64,000 nucleotides of DNA from Polyangiaceae bacterium (lineage in GTDB: Bacteria; Myxococcota_A; Polyangia; Polyangiales; Polyangiaceae). The stretch's first letter is position 1. Each line of letters starts with the position of its first letter. The notes beneath the pieces are model-generated. The model had not been told where the DNA came from. It made no database searches and worked only from the letters and a program-made list of their open reading frames with translations. Position numbers and translations under genes: made by a program. The DNA lies in assembly GCA_965222375.1 (NCBI GenBank), contig CBDCTZ010000005.1, positions 128,001 to 192,000 of the forward strand, read 5' to 3'. This document shows positions 59,418 through 64,000 of this stretch, piece after piece.

Positions 59418-59508
59418 GTGGCGGCGCCGAGGTCCGGCGTGGCGGCGCAAGGAGTGCGGGGCGATGTCACAGCGCGCCGGCGGCCGACTTTGCTATGCTC
59501 CGCGAGCC

Positions 59509-60216
59509 GTGTCGATCATTCTGTTCGCCAAGACTGCAGCCGCAATGGTGAGAATAACGGCGCCTACCGCCGTGGAGGGTGTACTTCGTCGAGGCAAACC
59601 CCCAGAGCGCTACGATGCGCGGCTGGCTGATTGGTCGGCACGCATGCTCGAGATCGCTGACATCGACCTGAGCGTCGAAGGGCGCGAAAACCTGGGCGAG
59701 GGCGAAGCTTTCGTGGTGATGAGCAACCACCAGTCCCACTTCGACATCCCGGTATTGTTTCAGTCACTAAAACGTCGCGTGCGCATGGTGGGCAAGACCG
59801 AGCTGTTTCATATTCCCGCCTTCGGCCAAGCCATGCGAGTTGCAGGCTTCGTCGAAGTTGATCGCGGCAATCGCAACCAAGCGGTGCACGCCTTGGAGGG
59901 CGCGGCGAAGGCGATCAGCGAAGGCACGAACATCTGGATCGCACCCGAGGGCACGCGGAGCGAGTCGGGGAAGTTCGGCAAGTTCAAGAAGGGCGGATTC
60001 CATTTGGCCATCGACGCCGGCGCGCGCATCTTGCCGGTGAGCATCGATGGTACCAAGAACGTGCTGGCCGCGCACAGCAAGGCGATACAGCCGGGTCAGA
60101 GCGTGCGCGTCGTGGTGGGTGAACCCATCGATTCCCAGACCTATGGCAAAGAGCGGCTGGGAGAATTGCTCGAAGCAGTACGCAGCGCCATCGCGATGCA
60201 CATCCCTTACGCTTGA
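59509..60216 (+). CDS. plsC: 1-acyl-sn-glycerol-3-phosphate acyltransferase
   Basis: NHQSHFD, VDR, PEGTRS, FKKG, ILPV. Confidence 0.9.
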   Translation: MSIILFAKTAAAMVRITAPTAVEGVLRRGKPPERYDARLADWSARMLEIADIDLSVEGRENLGEGEAFVVMSNHQSHFDIPVLFQSLKRRVRMVGKTELFHIPAFGQAMRVAGFVEVDRGNRNQAVHALEGAAKAISEGTNIWIAPEGTRSESGKFGKFKKGGFHLAIDAGARILPVSIDGTKNVLAAHSKAIQPGQSVRVVVGEPIDSQTYGKERLGELLEAVRSAIAMHIPYA

Positions 60217-60282
60217 AGTCGAAGCGCGACAACTCGAGCGAGAGCGCAGGCATGAATCTCCGGGTCTGGTAGCATCGGGGCC

Positions 60283-61194
60283 ATGCTCCAGCGCAAGACC
60301 CTGGCCACCCTGTGTCTGACGCTCACGCTGGGCCTGCCCACGACGGTCGGTGCGCAAGGCGCGCCTCCGCCGCCTCCTGCAACCGGCGCTCCCTCTCCCC
60401 CGCCTCCACCTGCTGCAGCGCCGCCACCGGCTGCGCAGCCCGGCTACGCGCCGCCACCCACAGGCCAACCCCAACCGGGCTACGCCGGCCAGCCCGCTGC
60501 TCAGCCGGGCTATGGTCCACCCCCCGCTCAACAGGGCTACGGCCCCGCGCCGCAACCGCAACCGCAACCGCAGCCACCGCCGCCTCCGGGGAGACGGCCC
60601 GCGGAGGTGTATCTGTTGCTCGGCTACGGCACCGCAGTCTGTGACAACGAGGAGCCCACCAGCGATTGCCCGGTCGACGGCGGCGGCGCCTTTGGCTTGG
60701 GTGGCGCTTGGCGATTCCACAGCAACTGGGCCGTGGGGCTCGAGCTCGCGGGCTGGAGCTTCGCGGTTCGTGACGAGTGGCGGGGCCAACTGCAAAACGA
60801 CGCCGAAAACGTGAAGTTCTCCAGCTTCTACATCTCACCCTTCGCACGCTGGTATTGGTTCGACGAAGGCACGGCTGATCCGTACTTGCAAGCTGGCATC
60901 GGGCTCAGCACGGTCAGCGCGGAAGCCTCGAACGCCAATGCGACCTACGAATACAATGCTCGAGGCCTTGCCTACTCTTTCGGCATTGGAGTCGACTTCC
61001 ACATTTCCGAGTTGTTCCGCCTCGGGCCGCAGTTCTTGGCGTACCTACACGTCTCCAACGAGATCTGCGACAACCCCGCGGGCGCCAGCGAAACCTGCCG
61101 AGATCCAGGCAAGGACGAAAAAGGCGATCGCGAAGGGCTCGCCCTGCCCTGGCGCTTCGTAGCCGTAGGCACTTTCATGTTCGGTGACCCGTGA
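60283..61194 (+). CDS. Outer-membrane beta-barrel protein with Pro/Gln-rich N-terminus
   Basis: Signal peptide, PPP/QPGY repeats, amphipathic strands (PYLQAGIG, GIGVDFH). Confidence 0.78.
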   Translation: MLQRKTLATLCLTLTLGLPTTVGAQGAPPPPPATGAPSPPPPPAAAPPPAAQPGYAPPPTGQPQPGYAGQPAAQPGYGPPPAQQGYGPAPQPQPQPQPPPPPGRRPAEVYLLLGYGTAVCDNEEPTSDCPVDGGGAFGLGGAWRFHSNWAVGLELAGWSFAVRDEWRGQLQNDAENVKFSSFYISPFARWYWFDEGTADPYLQAGIGLSTVSAEASNANATYEYNARGLAYSFGIGVDFHISELFRLGPQFLAYLHVSNEICDNPAGASETCRDPGKDEKGDREGLALPWRFVAVGTFMFGDP

Positions 61195-61306
61195 AATAGC
61201 CCCCGGGTTCGGCGACCCGGAAATAGCCCGGAAGCAACAAAAACCCTGCAATTTTTCCCTTGCGACCGTCCCGGGCCGCTGTGCTATATCCCCGCCTCAC
61301 CGCTCA

Positions 61307-62702
<1,396 letters not shown>

Positions 62703-62716
62703 GTCAGGTCCTCTAG

Positions 62717-63643
62717 CTAGATGCGGTATGGCGCCTGTGAAGGCCGAACCAGATCCGGCGAATATCCATGTGTTTTGAGCAAAGACCGAGCCCCGTGTGG
62801 TCCAGTTTCGGGATTCTGTAGCGGACCGAGTATCACGCTCTCCAGCTCAAATTGCCGTCCGCTCGCCGCCGGGATCTTCACGAAAGGGACAACTCCGGTC
62901 GCCCGCGCGCGATGGCACACCAAGTTGGTCTTGAGTGACCCCGCAGCCAAGAGCCTCCACTCGCGTTCCTCTGCGAACGCGGAATGCTTCGCTCTCGGCA
63001 CAAGAAGGGCAGCCTGACGGAGCATTATCACCACCGCACGCTTCGCAACCGGGACCACGTCGGACACGTTGCGGTCCGAGACGAACTTGGCGAAGGACTC
63101 GGCTAGACGGCGAAACTGATGTCGCATCCGCGCCTGCAGCTTCTGCTCATCGTATTCAACCTTCGCAAGCATCAGCGCCAGCGAGTCTGGCGTGAGTTCC
63201 ACGCCTTCTTTCGGCATAGGGAGTTGCGCGAAGCCAACCGAGAAGCCCGCACCACCACTTGCATAGCCACGCCACTGGCTCAAGAGGTCGCCATCCTCAG
63301 AGAATGACGCGAGGAACAGATCCGCGACCTCACTCAACGGGACCTTCTTATGGGCCTTGCAGAACTTGCGCAACAGTTCGTCCGCAAGGTGGTCTCCGGT
63401 GGTGACCGTCTCGGCTGCAGCGTCTACCAGACGCTGACCGAGTTTCAGTTCCTCGCGGTCATTCAAGTGCAGCGCGTGGGACGCCCAGAGCTCCCCTTTC
63501 TGGATCATTCCCACAAACCCTGCCCCGTCGGTGTAGTGGTAGAGCGTTGTTGTCTGCTTGTCGTCGCGTTCTTCCAGCGGGAGCGCCTCTTCGAGCTGGG
63601 CAAGGATTGATTCCTCCCTCGAGTTTGACTTGGAATCCGTCAC
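62717..63643 (-). CDS. DUF2971-like protein
   Basis: LYHYT, LND..E, SFSE.GDLLSQWRGY, K...F.EEREWR, ILGP. Confidence 0.85.
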   Translation of the reverse strand: MTDSKSNSREESILAQLEEALPLEERDDKQTTTLYHYTDGAGFVGMIQKGELWASHALHLNDREELKLGQRLVDAAAETVTTGDHLADELLRKFCKAHKKVPLSEVADLFLASFSEDGDLLSQWRGYASGGAGFSVGFAQLPMPKEGVELTPDSLALMLAKVEYDEQKLQARMRHQFRRLAESFAKFVSDRNVSDVVPVAKRAVVIMLRQAALLVPRAKHSAFAEEREWRLLAAGSLKTNLVCHRARATGVVPFVKIPAASGRQFELESVILGPLQNPETGPHGARSLLKTHGYSPDLVRPSQAPYRI

Positions 63644-63709
63644 AGCCGTACCTCTGTGAAGGCATGCGCTTCCGTAGTTGCTTTCTCCGGCATAGGATCC
63701 CTCCTGGTC

Positions 63710-63895
63710 TCAGCGCTTCCGCTTCGTCTTAGGCCGGCCAGCGGCCTTGATCGGCACGCCGAGCTGAACGGCGTACGCCCTGACCGCGCGCCGCACGATG
63801 TCGGAGCGTTTCAATCGCTCGACCTGTGCGCACGCCTCCAGTAGCTCCAAGTCGTCAGGAGGGAACTTCACGCACACCGTGGTCAGATCAGCCAT
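63710..63895 (-). CDS. Ribbon-helix-helix (CopG-like) regulator
   Basis: TVCVKFP...LELLE...RSDIVRRAVRAY. Confidence 0.8.
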   Translation of the reverse strand: MADLTTVCVKFPPDDLELLEACAQVERLKRSDIVRRAVRAYAVQLGVPIKAAGRPKTKRKR

Positions 63896-64000
63896 GGAAA
63901 ACATGGTAATACTTTGGATTCCATGACGCAACCTGCCCAAATCCGACATCCCCGTGACCCAGCGTCATCACTCCTCCTCTTCGCCGCAAACCCACGGGGT

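Overview
GC-rich window that looks myxobacterial (Polyangiales-like): many Cys-rich, Gly-linker lipoproteins, a MYXO-CTERM protein, tandem Ser/Thr kinases and a sigma-54 system. About 55 credible CDSs, including divergent bfr/bfd around a Fur box, dcp-like M3 peptidase, uvrA, a cyclophilin, an ArsA-like ATPase pair, a radical SAM enzyme, fetAB-like ABC genes, a di-heme cytochrome, a hybrid kinase and plsC. The window ends at tRNA-Asp(GTC) with the edge of an integrated element (tyrosine integrase reading through the tRNA, DUF2971-like gene, RHH gene). The most unusual feature is a ~3.4 kb island (41.1-44.5 kb): one DUF222-like/HNH gene bracketed by long diverged inverted repeats with conserved hairpins and ~64-bp tandem repeats, with no transposase. 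Also notable: a Y-shaped hairpin leader before a four-helix-bundle gene, TANNNT boxes 6-9 nt before many start codons (apparently leaderless genes), a frameshifted lipoprotein gene and two ORFs missed by the track. All family calls come from motif recognition by eye; no searches were run.
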